A DNA stretch of 64,000 bases from Treponema sp. (GCA_022510865.1 JAFLSQ010000004.1:28539-92538); one strand, 5' to 3'. Counted from the stretch's first letter, positions 30,291 through 39,265 are shown. Program-made: numbers and translations. Notes: generated by a model from the letters alone, not told the origin.

Positions 30291-30317
30291 TAAACTTCTC
30301 GCCGCAAAATCCGAAAA
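30291..30317 (+). promoter_or_regulatory. Sigma28 (FliA)-like promoter candidate for the flgB operon
   Basis: TAAACTTC-11 nt-TCCGAAAA versus the enteric consensus TAAAGTTT-N11-GCCGATAA (6/8 and 6/8). It ends 55 nt upstream of the flgB ATG and lies downstream of the hslU terminator. Confidence 0.4.
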
Positions 30318-30372
30318 TCAAGGAGACAGATGTAAGCAAAATCCGCGCGGACTTGCGCGAAAAGGAGGAGAA

Positions 30373-30789
30373 ATGAATTCTTTCACACGCTCGGTTGACT
30401 TGCTTCAGCGCGGGATGGACGTGGCTTCCCTGCGCTATCAGGTGAGTGCGAACAATCTTGCGAACAGCGAGGTTCCGAATTTCAAGCGTTCCACCGTCAA
30501 TTTTGAGAGCGAGCTTAAGCGCGCCTTTGATTCCGAGGTTGCCGCGCAGAACGGCATGAAGCTTGCGACGAACAGTGAGCGTCACATTCAGATAAACGTT
30601 CCGTATGATTACCGCGAGGTTCAGCCGCGCCGCGTTGTGGATTACATGACGGTTGCCAAAGCGAACGGAAACAACGTTGATGCCGAGACCGAGGCCAACA
30701 ACATCCTCCAGATTCAGATGCAGTACAGGCTTCTCACTCAGCTCACAGGCTTTGAGTTCGAGCAGATAAACACTGCGATGAAAAAATAG
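30373..30789 (+). CDS. flgB: Flagellar basal-body rod protein FlgB
   Basis: LRYQVSANNLANSEVPNFKR is the rod-protein N-terminal motif. AAAGGAGGAG RBS. Start moved to ATG 30373. Confidence 0.85.
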   Translation: MNSFTRSVDLLQRGMDVASLRYQVSANNLANSEVPNFKRSTVNFESELKRAFDSEVAAQNGMKLATNSERHIQINVPYDYREVQPRRVVDYMTVAKANGNNVDAETEANNILQIQMQYRLLTQLTGFEFEQINTAMKK

Positions 30790-30908
30790 CTGACGGATTT
30801 TTAGACGGGCGATGAGAATCCGCCTGATTTTTTGCCAAGGATTCTCGCAGCCGGATTTTGCGCATGGCGCAGTTTTGCCGGAGAAATTGATTTTACAGGA
30901 GAACTGAT

Positions 30909-31367
30909 ATGGGAATGTTCACAAGCATAAATATTGCGGCAACAGGAATGTCCGCGGAGCGTATGCGCAGCGACGTGATTTCTGACAACATCGCGAACGC
31001 ATCGACTACGCGCACTCAGGACGGCGGGCCGTTCAAAAAATCCACCGTGGTCTTCGCGCCTGCCGCAGATTACAATCCGCAGTGGAGGAGTCCTTTTGTT
31101 CCGTCTGATTTGGACAACGGCCCCGGAAAAGGAGTCAAAGTCCTGGAAATCGTGAAGGACACCTCCGAGGGAACTTTCGTCTATGACCCGTCACATCCGG
31201 ATGCAATAAAGTCAGGCCCGCATGAGGGTTATGTCGAGTATCCGAACGTGAATATTGTGAACGAGATGGTGGATTTGATTTCTGCCTCCCGCGCTTATGA
31301 GGCCAACGCCACAGTGATTGACGGCGCGAAGGACATGTTCACGGCCGCCCTTGACATTGGAAGATAG
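30909..31367 (+). CDS. flgC: Flagellar basal-body rod protein FlgC
   Basis: SINIAATGMSAERMRSDVISDNIAN and the C-terminal EMVDLISASRAYEAN are typical of FlgC. AGGAG RBS. Confidence 0.9.
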   Translation: MGMFTSINIAATGMSAERMRSDVISDNIANASTTRTQDGGPFKKSTVVFAPAADYNPQWRSPFVPSDLDNGPGKGVKVLEIVKDTSEGTFVYDPSHPDAIKSGPHEGYVEYPNVNIVNEMVDLISASRAYEANATVIDGAKDMFTAALDIGR

Positions 31368-31382
31368 TAGGATGATAATAAA

Positions 31383-31778
31383 ATGATGAAAATTCAAGAG
31401 ATTGGTAAAATAGAGATGTTCCGCAGCAATCCGCTTCATTTTGGCAACGGAAAAATTCAGCCTGTGACGCACAGAGTCGCGGGCAATGGCGCGGTTCCAG
31501 CTGTTGAGGGTGTCTCGCGCGATTCCCATGCGGTCTCGGTGCAGCGGCCGCAGGAACACAAAGGTTTTCAGGATTTCCTGCTGGAGGCGGTGAATTCCGT
31601 GAGCGAGCAGCAGAACAGTGTCGCGAGCATAACAGAGAAACTGATTACAAGCCCTGATGAGGTTGATGTCCACGATGTTACAATCGCAATGGCAAAAGCC
31701 CGCAGCAGCCTGAATCTTGCCCAGAATGTGATTGACCGTATGATTTCAAGTTGGAACGAGATTACCACGACAAGGTAG
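31383..31778 (+). CDS. fliE: Flagellar hook-basal body complex protein FliE
   Basis: The C-terminal DVHDVTIAMAKARSSLNLAQNVIDRMISSWNEI is FliE-like. It lies after flgC. Confidence 0.8.
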   Translation: MMKIQEIGKIEMFRSNPLHFGNGKIQPVTHRVAGNGAVPAVEGVSRDSHAVSVQRPQEHKGFQDFLLEAVNSVSEQQNSVASITEKLITSPDEVDVHDVTIAMAKARSSLNLAQNVIDRMISSWNEITTTR

Positions 31779-31807
31779 TCCCAGAATCAAAACGAAGATA
31801 AAATAGA

Positions 31808-31836
31808 TTGTCAAATTTTCTGATCTGTGATATAAT
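31808..31836 (+). promoter_or_regulatory. Near-consensus extended -10 sigma70 promoter in the fliE-fliF gap
   Basis: TTGTCA-17 nt-TATAAT, with TGa immediately 5' of the -10. It lies 68 nt upstream of the fliF ATG 31905. Confidence 0.5.
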
Positions 31837-31904
31837 CACTTAAATTTGCGATAGATTTTATGAATTCGTTCACGGGTGGGGCAACCCTCCTGGTGGGAGG
31901 AAAG

Positions 31905-33608
31905 ATGAACGAATGGCTTAAAAAGGTCGCCGCTAAAGCAAAAGAGCTTTGGGGGAAGTGGCGACCAGTCCAAAAAGTCATATTGATTGGTATTGTTGTC
32001 GCTGTAATTTTTGCGATTGTGATGGTCGCGCGTCTTTCTGCAAGGCCTACTACAGTCCGCCTGTTCAATTCCCCGGTGACAGATCAGAACAGGCTCACTC
32101 AGATTCTTGACAGGATTGACCGGGAAGGCCGGAACGCATATACATCCGCTGACGGCTACATTTCTGTTGATGATGAGCGCACCGCCCGCTATCTGCGCGA
32201 GATTCTTATTTCAGAGCAGCTTGTTCCAAGCTCAATTGACCCATGGGCCGGTTTTTTTGACAGAAGCTGGTCTACAACCGATGCCGACCAGAATATCAAA
32301 CTTAAAAATGCGATACAAAGACAGCTCAAGCAGCACATCGAGGCAATTGCCGATGTGCAGAGCGCGGATGTGAACCTTGTCCTGCCGGAGACCGCGCTTT
32401 TCACAGACGACCAGAATCCGGTGTCGGCGAGCGTGATTTTGCGTGTGACTGGAAACAGCGACCTTCTTACGAACCGCCAGCGGGTGCTCGGCATTCAGCG
32501 GCTTATTCTCTCTGCGGTTGAGGGACTCAGGGAAGAGAATCTTATAATCACGGACGGGTTCGGAAATCAGATAAACGATTTTGAGGGCATGGCGGAGAGC
32601 GACCGCGTGAGCATCGTGGAGAAACAGCAGAAACTCATCCGCAAGCAGGAGGTTGAGCTGCGCGCGCGCATTCTGAACGCTTTGCAGAAGACTTTCACAG
32701 AGGACAGGTGCCGCGATATTGTCGTCTCGATTGAGATGGATATGTCACAGCGCACAAGCGATTCAACCGAGTATTCTCCAATCCAGATTCGCCCGGACAA
32801 TCCAGATACTCCTTATGATGACTCGGAGTACCGCGATACCCTGCCGCTCTCTCAGCAGACAGTTACCCGTGAATGGCAGGGAACGGGCTACAATCCGGAG
32901 GGACCGGCCGGCGTTGCGGGTCAGGTTCCGCCCACTTATTCTGATATGTCGAATGTCATCGGCCGCTCAACGGAGACCGGCGTGACACAGAACAACGTCA
33001 TAAACACAAAGCAGACTTCCGAGATTTCGTCTCCCAAAATTGACCGGATTTCTGTTGCGGTGAACCTTGACGGAAAATGGAGGCGCGTGAGGGATGATAA
33101 CGGCAACCTCACGATAGAGAACGGCTCGATAAAGCGCGAGTACACGCCTGTGTCTCCGGAGGAGTTGTCCGAGGCTGTGCGCCTTGTGCAGGGTGCAATC
33201 GGATATAACCGCGAGCGCGGAGACCGTGTTGAGGTCACGAACGTGCAGTATGACCGTGACGAGCAGTTTGAGGAAGAGGATGCCGATTATTTTGCCGCGA
33301 TTCAGAGACGGCGGACAATCCTGCTTGTGCTTATCGCAGTCGCAGTCGCTCTCATCGGCTTTATTCTGTTCAGAGTTATCAGCCGTGAGCTTGAGCGCCG
33401 CCGCCGTGAGCGCGAGGCAAGGCTTCTTGCCGAGCAGCAGGCCGCCCGCGAGCGCGCTCTTTGGGAAGCAAAAGACGAGGGTATGGAAGTCACAATGTCC
33501 GTGGAGGAGACTCGGCGCATGGAGTTGCAGGAGAATGCAATCGCGTTGGCAAAAGAGCACCCGGAGGACGTTGCTATGCTTATCCGTACATGGCTCATGG
33601 AAGAATAG
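31905..33608 (+). CDS. fliF: Flagellar MS-ring protein FliF
   Basis: N-terminal TM, periplasmic ring-building region, second TM (ILLVLIAVAVALIGFILF), and a C-terminal FliG-binding helix (VAMLIRTWLME). GGGAGG RBS before ATG 31905. Confidence 0.85.
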   Translation: MNEWLKKVAAKAKELWGKWRPVQKVILIGIVVAVIFAIVMVARLSARPTTVRLFNSPVTDQNRLTQILDRIDREGRNAYTSADGYISVDDERTARYLREILISEQLVPSSIDPWAGFFDRSWSTTDADQNIKLKNAIQRQLKQHIEAIADVQSADVNLVLPETALFTDDQNPVSASVILRVTGNSDLLTNRQRVLGIQRLILSAVEGLREENLIITDGFGNQINDFEGMAESDRVSIVEKQQKLIRKQEVELRARILNALQKTFTEDRCRDIVVSIEMDMSQRTSDSTEYSPIQIRPDNPDTPYDDSEYRDTLPLSQQTVTREWQGTGYNPEGPAGVAGQVPPTYSDMSNVIGRSTETGVTQNNVINTKQTSEISSPKIDRISVAVNLDGKWRRVRDDNGNLTIENGSIKREYTPVSPEELSEAVRLVQGAIGYNRERGDRVEVTNVQYDRDEQFEEEDADYFAAIQRRRTILLVLIAVAVALIGFILFRVISRELERRRREREARLLAEQQAARERALWEAKDEGMEVTMSVEETRRMELQENAIALAKEHPEDVAMLIRTWLMEE

Positions 33609-33626
33609 AGGCAGCAGGAGGAATTT

Positions 33627-34739
33627 ATGTCTGATGATTTGACTGTTGCGGAGTCCCCGAAGGCGGACAATCCGAAACCGGTAGCAAAACCCGGGCAGTT
33701 GAAGCCTGCGGGCGGCTCCAAAAAGGGAAGTAAAGATTATAAAAGTCTCACCGGACGGCAGAAAGCCGCCATCTTTCTGATTTCTTTAGGACCGGAAGTC
33801 TCCTCAGAGATAATGAAGCATCTGCGTGAGGACGAGGTTGAGACCCTCACTTTTGAGATTGCACGTCAGGAAAAAGTCAATCCCGAATTCAAGGACGCTG
33901 TTCTGGAGGAATTCCAGGAGCTGATGAACGCGCAGAATTTCATCACAACTGGTGGTATTGATTATGCGCGGGAACTGCTGGAAAAATCGCTTGGCTCACA
34001 GAAAGCGATTGACATCATCAACCGTCTTACATCAAGCCTGCAAGTCCGCCCGTTTGATTTTATCCGCCGCACAGACCCGGCGCATTTGCTCAACTTCATC
34101 CAGCAGGAATATCCGCAGACAATCGCGCTGATTCTGGCATATCTTGAGCCGGGAAAGGCCGCGATAATCCTGCAGAATTTGCCGGAGGAAATGCAGGCGG
34201 AGGTCTCGAAAAGGCTTGCGACGATGGACCGCACCTCGCCGGATGTTCTTCGCGAGGTTGAGCGCGTTCTGGAGAAAAAGCTCTCAACGCTTTCAAGCGA
34301 GGATTACACTGCCGCCGGTGGTGTCGAGGCAATCGTTGAGATTCTGAACCTTGTTGACCGCTCTTCCGAAAAGTCAATCATCGAGTCTTTGGAGGAGGAC
34401 GATCCGGATTTGGCGGAGGAAATCAAAAAGCGAATGTTCGTGTTCGAGGATATTGTTATGCTGGACGACCGCGCCATTCAGAAAGTGCTGCGTGACGTTG
34501 ACCAGCAGGAGCTTGCGAAGGCGCTCAAATCCGTTGACACAGAGGTTCAGGACAAGATTTTCCGCAATATGTCAAAGCGCGCCGCAAGCATGCTCAAAGA
34601 GGATATGGAATTCATGGGACCTGTCCGCTTGAAGGATGTTGAGGAGGCTCAGCAGAAGATTGTGTCTATCATCAGGCGTCTTGAGGATAATGGTGATATT
34701 GTTATCGCGCGTTCCGGAGAGGACGAGCTTGTAAGCTGA
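33627..34739 (+). CDS. fliG: Flagellar motor switch protein FliG
   Basis: LTGRQKAAIFLISLG, EDIVMLDDRAIQKVLRDVD, MSKRAASMLKEDME. The N-terminus has about 40 extra Lys/Pro-rich residues. Confidence 0.9.
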   Translation: MSDDLTVAESPKADNPKPVAKPGQLKPAGGSKKGSKDYKSLTGRQKAAIFLISLGPEVSSEIMKHLREDEVETLTFEIARQEKVNPEFKDAVLEEFQELMNAQNFITTGGIDYARELLEKSLGSQKAIDIINRLTSSLQVRPFDFIRRTDPAHLLNFIQQEYPQTIALILAYLEPGKAAIILQNLPEEMQAEVSKRLATMDRTSPDVLREVERVLEKKLSTLSSEDYTAAGGVEAIVEILNLVDRSSEKSIIESLEEDDPDLAEEIKKRMFVFEDIVMLDDRAIQKVLRDVDQQELAKALKSVDTEVQDKIFRNMSKRAASMLKEDMEFMGPVRLKDVEEAQQKIVSIIRRLEDNGDIVIARSGEDELVS

Positions 34740-34745
34740 TAGTGA

Positions 34746-35693
34746 TTGGAGTTCGTTTTGGCAAAGACTGTTTTTAGGCCCGGCGAGGCAAAATCTGTAG
34801 ATGACAAGGTAATGCTTCCTCTGTTCAAGGATTACGCTCCTGTTGTTGAGGAGGAGGAAGAGGTTGAGGAAGTTTACACCGGTCCTACCGCAGAGGATTT
34901 GAGGCGCGAGGCTGATGAGTTCAGAGAGAAATTCGAGGCGGAGAAGCAGCAGATGCTCGCCGACGCTCAGGCGCAGGCGGATGAGATTCTGAGAAAAGCC
35001 GAGAATGCCGCGTTCGAGGAAGTGAAACGCCAGTCTGATTCTGCCGCGGAGCTTAAGGCGGATGCCCAGCGCGAGGCCGAGGAGATTCTTGCGAAAGCAA
35101 AGCGAGAGGCAGAGGAGATTGTGGCGGAGGCGCAGAACCAGAACGCTGCCTTGGTTCAGGAGGCAAAAAAAAAGGGCTACGAGGAAGGTCACAAAGAAGG
35201 ATATGAGAGCGGCGCGGCCGAGGCGAACAGGCTCGTGGAACGGATGCACAAAATCCTTGAGGCGGTTATGCAGCGTCGTGAGGAAATTTTGAAAGACACG
35301 GAAAGCCAGATTGTGGAGCTTGTGATTTTGATGACGCGCAAGGTCATCAAGGTGCTCTCCGAGAATCAGAAGAATGTCGTGATGGCGAATACGCTTGCGG
35401 CCCTCAAAAAACTGAAAACACGCGGCAAAGTCACTTTGCGGGTGAATTTGGAGGATGTGAGCCTGACCACCGCCCATCTTGATGAATTCATCCAGCACGT
35501 GGAGAACGTCCAGGGAATCACAGTTCTGGAGGACTCGACCGTTGAGAAAGGCGGCTGTGTGGTTGAGACGGATTTTGGCTCAATCGACGCGCGCATTTCA
35601 AGTCAGCTCGGAGAGCTTGAGAATAAAATCATTGAGGTATCGCCAATCAAAAATATCAAGCATACGGACAGCCTTGCCTCTGCCACGGAATAG
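34746..35693 (+). CDS. fliH: Flagellar assembly protein FliH
   Basis: Glu/Ala-rich coiled coil, then the FliH C-domain (GGCVVETDFGSIDARISSQL). Non-ATG start: TTG 34746, or TTG 34758 which has a GGAG 6 nt upstream. Confidence 0.75.
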   Translation: MEFVLAKTVFRPGEAKSVDDKVMLPLFKDYAPVVEEEEEVEEVYTGPTAEDLRREADEFREKFEAEKQQMLADAQAQADEILRKAENAAFEEVKRQSDSAAELKADAQREAEEILAKAKREAEEIVAEAQNQNAALVQEAKKKGYEEGHKEGYESGAAEANRLVERMHKILEAVMQRREEILKDTESQIVELVILMTRKVIKVLSENQKNVVMANTLAALKKLKTRGKVTLRVNLEDVSLTTAHLDEFIQHVENVQGITVLEDSTVEKGGCVVETDFGSIDARISSQLGELENKIIEVSPIKNIKHTDSLASATE

Positions 35694-35707
35694 CCGGAGG
35701 AATCGCA

Positions 35708-37147
35708 ATGGCGGATTTGTCAGAAACCGAGGAAATCTCCGCAAAAAGGGAATTCAATTTTGTAAAATATCTTGAGAAAGTGGTTGACGCCGAGACAATC
35801 CTTTATACCGGCAAAGTTGTCGCGGTGCGCGGGCTTGAGATTGAGAGCGAGGGACCGCGCTCTGTGATTGGCGAGATGTGCTCCATCAAACTTCGCGATG
35901 GGACTGCTTTGCAGGCGGAGGTTGTCGGGCTTGATAAAAAACGCGTGAAACTTGCCCCCTATGGCGAGACAAAAGGAATTGAGGTCGGATGCGAGGTTGT
36001 GGCATCGGGACGTGCCCTGATGGTTCCTGTCGGGAAAAATCTTCTTGGCCGCATGATAAACGCCGCGGGCAAACCCTGCGATGACAAAGGCGAGATTATC
36101 CCGGAGGATTATTACCCTGCTGTCGCGAATCCGCCTGCCCCGAACGAGCGCGTTGACATCAACAGGCGCATTGTGACCGGCGTGCGGGCAATAGACTCGC
36201 TTTTGACCGTAGGAAAAGGCCAGCGTCTGGGGATTTTCGCTGGGTCCGGGGTCGGAAAATCCACTTTGCTCAGCATAATCGCGCGGAACACGAACGCGGA
36301 TGTGAATGTAATCGGGCTGATTGGCGAGCGCGGCCGTGAGGTGCTTGATTTTGTGCGGCGTGACCTTGGCGAGGAGGGAATGAGACGCTCGGTGCTTGTG
36401 ATTGCGACCAGCGACGAGCCTTCCATCTGCCGTCTGCGCGCAGCCCAGGTGTGCACTGCAATCGCGGAGTATTTCCGTGACCAGGGAAAAGATGTCATGC
36501 TGATGATGGACTCGATGACCCGTTTTGCGCACGCGCAGCGGGAAATTGGGCTTGCCTCCGGGGAGCCTCCGGCGCAGAAGGGCTATCCGCCGAGTGTTTT
36601 TGACATGATTCCAAAACTTCTGGAGCGCAGCGGCACGAGCAGGTCTGGCACAATCACCGCGTTCTATACAGTACTTGTTGATGGTGATGACATGAACGAG
36701 CCAATCACAGATAAGGTGCGCGGAACGCTTGACGGTCACATTGTGCTTAGCCGGAATCTTGCGCAGGCATATCACTATCCTGCAATTGATGTCCTGCAAT
36801 CCATATCAAGGCTTTCAAAGCGCGTGAGCGGAGCGCAGACCCGCCGTGCAGTCGCCCAGCTGCGCACATGGATGTCATCATATCAGGACAATGAGACGAT
36901 GATTACCGCCGGTATCTATCAGAAAGGGAATTCGCCTGCCGTGGATATTGCGATAGACAAGCATGATGAGATTGAGGAATTCCTGAGACAGGAGGAATAT
37001 GAGCCTTGCCCGATTGAGCAGACGCTCGCGAGGCTTTCTGCGCTCACAGGAATTGAGATTCCGGAGGATGAGTATGCGGAGAATCCAGCCGCTATGATTC
37101 CGACGACCGCCCAGATTGCGGACAGCGCGAGACATCAGCCTGAATGA
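35708..37147 (+). CDS. fliI: Flagellum-specific ATPase FliI
   Basis: Walker A GSGVGKSTLL, Walker B VMLMMDSMTRFA, and an F1/T3SS ATPase fold. Confidence 0.95.
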   Translation: MADLSETEEISAKREFNFVKYLEKVVDAETILYTGKVVAVRGLEIESEGPRSVIGEMCSIKLRDGTALQAEVVGLDKKRVKLAPYGETKGIEVGCEVVASGRALMVPVGKNLLGRMINAAGKPCDDKGEIIPEDYYPAVANPPAPNERVDINRRIVTGVRAIDSLLTVGKGQRLGIFAGSGVGKSTLLSIIARNTNADVNVIGLIGERGREVLDFVRRDLGEEGMRRSVLVIATSDEPSICRLRAAQVCTAIAEYFRDQGKDVMLMMDSMTRFAHAQREIGLASGEPPAQKGYPPSVFDMIPKLLERSGTSRSGTITAFYTVLVDGDDMNEPITDKVRGTLDGHIVLSRNLAQAYHYPAIDVLQSISRLSKRVSGAQTRRAVAQLRTWMSSYQDNETMITAGIYQKGNSPAVDIAIDKHDEIEEFLRQEEYEPCPIEQTLARLSALTGIEIPEDEYAENPAAMIPTTAQIADSARHQPE

Positions 37148-37572
37148 AAAAATTCTCTTTTGAGCTTGAGAAAGTCCTTGAATTCCGCAATTTTGAGAAG
37201 CGTCAGGCGGAAGGCGAGCTTGCGAAAGCACTTGCCGCGGAAAATGAGATTGACGCGGGGCTTGAGGACATCGCCAGGCAGTATGCGGCGGTCAAGGCGC
37301 AGATGAGAGACTCACGGGATTTTCAGGATGTCGTTGCCCAGAGCCGGTTCAATAATTTTCTTGATTACCAGAAAGAGGAGCTGCTCCGCCAGCTTGCCGA
37401 GGCAAAACTTGTGACAGAGCAGAAGCGGGATATTCTGCGGGAGTCCATGAAAAAGACGACCGCTCTGGAGAAACTCCGGGAGAAACATCTGGCAGAGTGG
37501 AACGCGGCCGCCGATTACGAGGAGGCAGAGCTGCTTGACGAGGCGAGACGGCCGCACAATCCTAATACTTGA
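37144..37572 (+). CDS. fliJ: Flagellar export chaperone FliJ
   Basis: 142-aa all-helical coiled coil directly after fliI (ATGA overlap). The FELEKVLEFR start is typical of FliJ. Confidence 0.7.
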   Translation: MKKFSFELEKVLEFRNFEKRQAEGELAKALAAENEIDAGLEDIARQYAAVKAQMRDSRDFQDVVAQSRFNNFLDYQKEELLRQLAEAKLVTEQKRDILRESMKKTTALEKLREKHLAEWNAAADYEEAELLDEARRPHNPNT

Positions 37573-39229
37573 ACGCGCTTCCCCCTATGAACTCGCGGAT
37601 AATTGAGCGCGGCGGAACTGATGTTGGCGCGATTGTCGCGAAATTTTCCAGGAATTGCAGGAGCCGTCTTGCCTCAGAATATTCTTTTTCCATCGGAGTG
37701 ACCTGACGCAAAAGCGGGGCCGCATACACTCCAAGAACAGAAAGCTCGTAGTCAAGCGCGGTGTTCAGGACGGCATCGGCGTTGTTCTGGAATGGGAAGA
37801 TGTGAAGCTCCTCTCCGCGGCGCACGCTCGGCCACATTTCGATTGTGCCTGCGGCCGCCTTTCCGCGGAAGTTATTGTCACGCACAATGCGGCGAATCAG
37901 GCGGTTGTCGCTCGTGGAGATTCTGTTGTGGTCATCAAGGTTCAGCTGTGTGAGTGCGGAAAGATAAATCTTGAATTTCTGCTCCGGTGCGATTTTGGGC
38001 GTGAGCCTGTCATTCAGTCCGTGAATTCCCTCAAGAATCAGAATCTCATTTCCTTTAAGCGACATTTTGTTGCTGTCATCAAAAAACGGAGTTCCGGTGT
38101 GAAAATCATAGCCGGGAATGACGACTTCCTTGCCGTCGAACAAATCCACAAGCTGATTGTTCAGAAGCTCGATGTCAAGCGCCTCAAGGCATTCGTAATC
38201 GGGTTTGCCGTCCTCATCAAGAGGAGTTTTGCCTCGCCCGACATAATAGCTGTCAAGGCTGATGACTTTGGGCATGTAGCCCATTGCCTGAAGCTCCAGT
38301 GCGAGTTTTTTTGCCGAGGTTGTTTTTCCGGAGGATGACGGCCCTGCAATCAGAACCACGCGGACTGTCCTGCGCTCCACAATCTGCGACGCGATTTTGG
38401 AGATGTTTTTCTGCTGGTACACTTCCGTAATTTCAATGAAATCGTTAATCTGGCGGTTGGCAATCAGCTCGTTCAGGGAGGCGGCGGAAGTGACGTTCAT
38501 CCTTTTTCCCCATTCCTTGTATTTTTTGTAAATCTCAAAAAGTTTCGGCTCGTCCTTGAATTCGCCGAGTTTGGTCGGGTCTGTGGATTTTGGGAAACGC
38601 AGAAGAAATCCGTCCCCGTATTTCATCAGGTCAAAAGTTTTGAGCACGCCGGTTGAGAGGACCAGCGGGCCGAAGTACATATCAGAGAAACCCTCGATTG
38701 AGTTGATTTTGATGGTCGGGCTGCAATTGAAATTTATCTGCTTGCGCGTCTCCACAAGATTGAGCCGCTCGAAAAGCCTTGCCGCCTCCTCATACGGAAT
38801 ATCCCTGGTTGTAATCGGGATGTTTTTGCTGACGATTGCCTGCATCTCATCGCGCAGCTGCGAGATTTCTTTCTCGCTCACATCGCTCAGGTTCTCAAGG
38901 GTGTAGTAGTAGCCGTAGCCAAGGCTGTGCCCCACAAGAAGCCGTGCGGACGGAAAAAGTTTGTGTGCGGCCGCCGCAAGAAGAAGGCAGAGCGAGCGTC
39001 GGTAGACTGCCGCGCCGTCCTTTGTGTCGCTCAGAATCGGCTCGATTTTTGCGGAGTATGTCAGGGGGATGTCAAGCGGGCAAATCTCATTGTTCACGGT
39101 GACTGCGAAAATCCTTTCCGGCGGGATTGCGAAACCGTCCAGAATCTGTGATGCCCTGGTTCCGTGCGGAATATCCTTTCTTGCGATTTCCTTGCCGTCA
39201 TTTAAAAATGTTATGCTTATTTTGTCCAT
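37562..39229 (-). CDS. Uridine/cytidine-kinase-family P-loop kinase fused to TGS and ThrRS-like N-terminal domains
   Basis: N-terminal beta-grasp-like segment, then a ThrRS-N2-like segment (LLLAAAAHKLFPSARLLVGHSLGYGYYYTL). Walker A IAGPSSSGKTT followed by LDSYYV, as in Udk/PRK kinases. Confidence 0.7.
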   Translation of the reverse strand: MDKISITFLNDGKEIARKDIPHGTRASQILDGFAIPPERIFAVTVNNEICPLDIPLTYSAKIEPILSDTKDGAAVYRRSLCLLLAAAAHKLFPSARLLVGHSLGYGYYYTLENLSDVSEKEISQLRDEMQAIVSKNIPITTRDIPYEEAARLFERLNLVETRKQINFNCSPTIKINSIEGFSDMYFGPLVLSTGVLKTFDLMKYGDGFLLRFPKSTDPTKLGEFKDEPKLFEIYKKYKEWGKRMNVTSAASLNELIANRQINDFIEITEVYQQKNISKIASQIVERRTVRVVLIAGPSSSGKTTSAKKLALELQAMGYMPKVISLDSYYVGRGKTPLDEDGKPDYECLEALDIELLNNQLVDLFDGKEVVIPGYDFHTGTPFFDDSNKMSLKGNEILILEGIHGLNDRLTPKIAPEQKFKIYLSALTQLNLDDHNRISTSDNRLIRRIVRDNNFRGKAAAGTIEMWPSVRRGEELHIFPFQNNADAVLNTALDYELSVLGVYAAPLLRQVTPMEKEYSEARRLLQFLENFATIAPTSVPPRSIIREFIGGSAFKY

Positions 39230-39265
39230 AAAATGCGCACCTCAAAAAAAGTATGTTGAATCACT

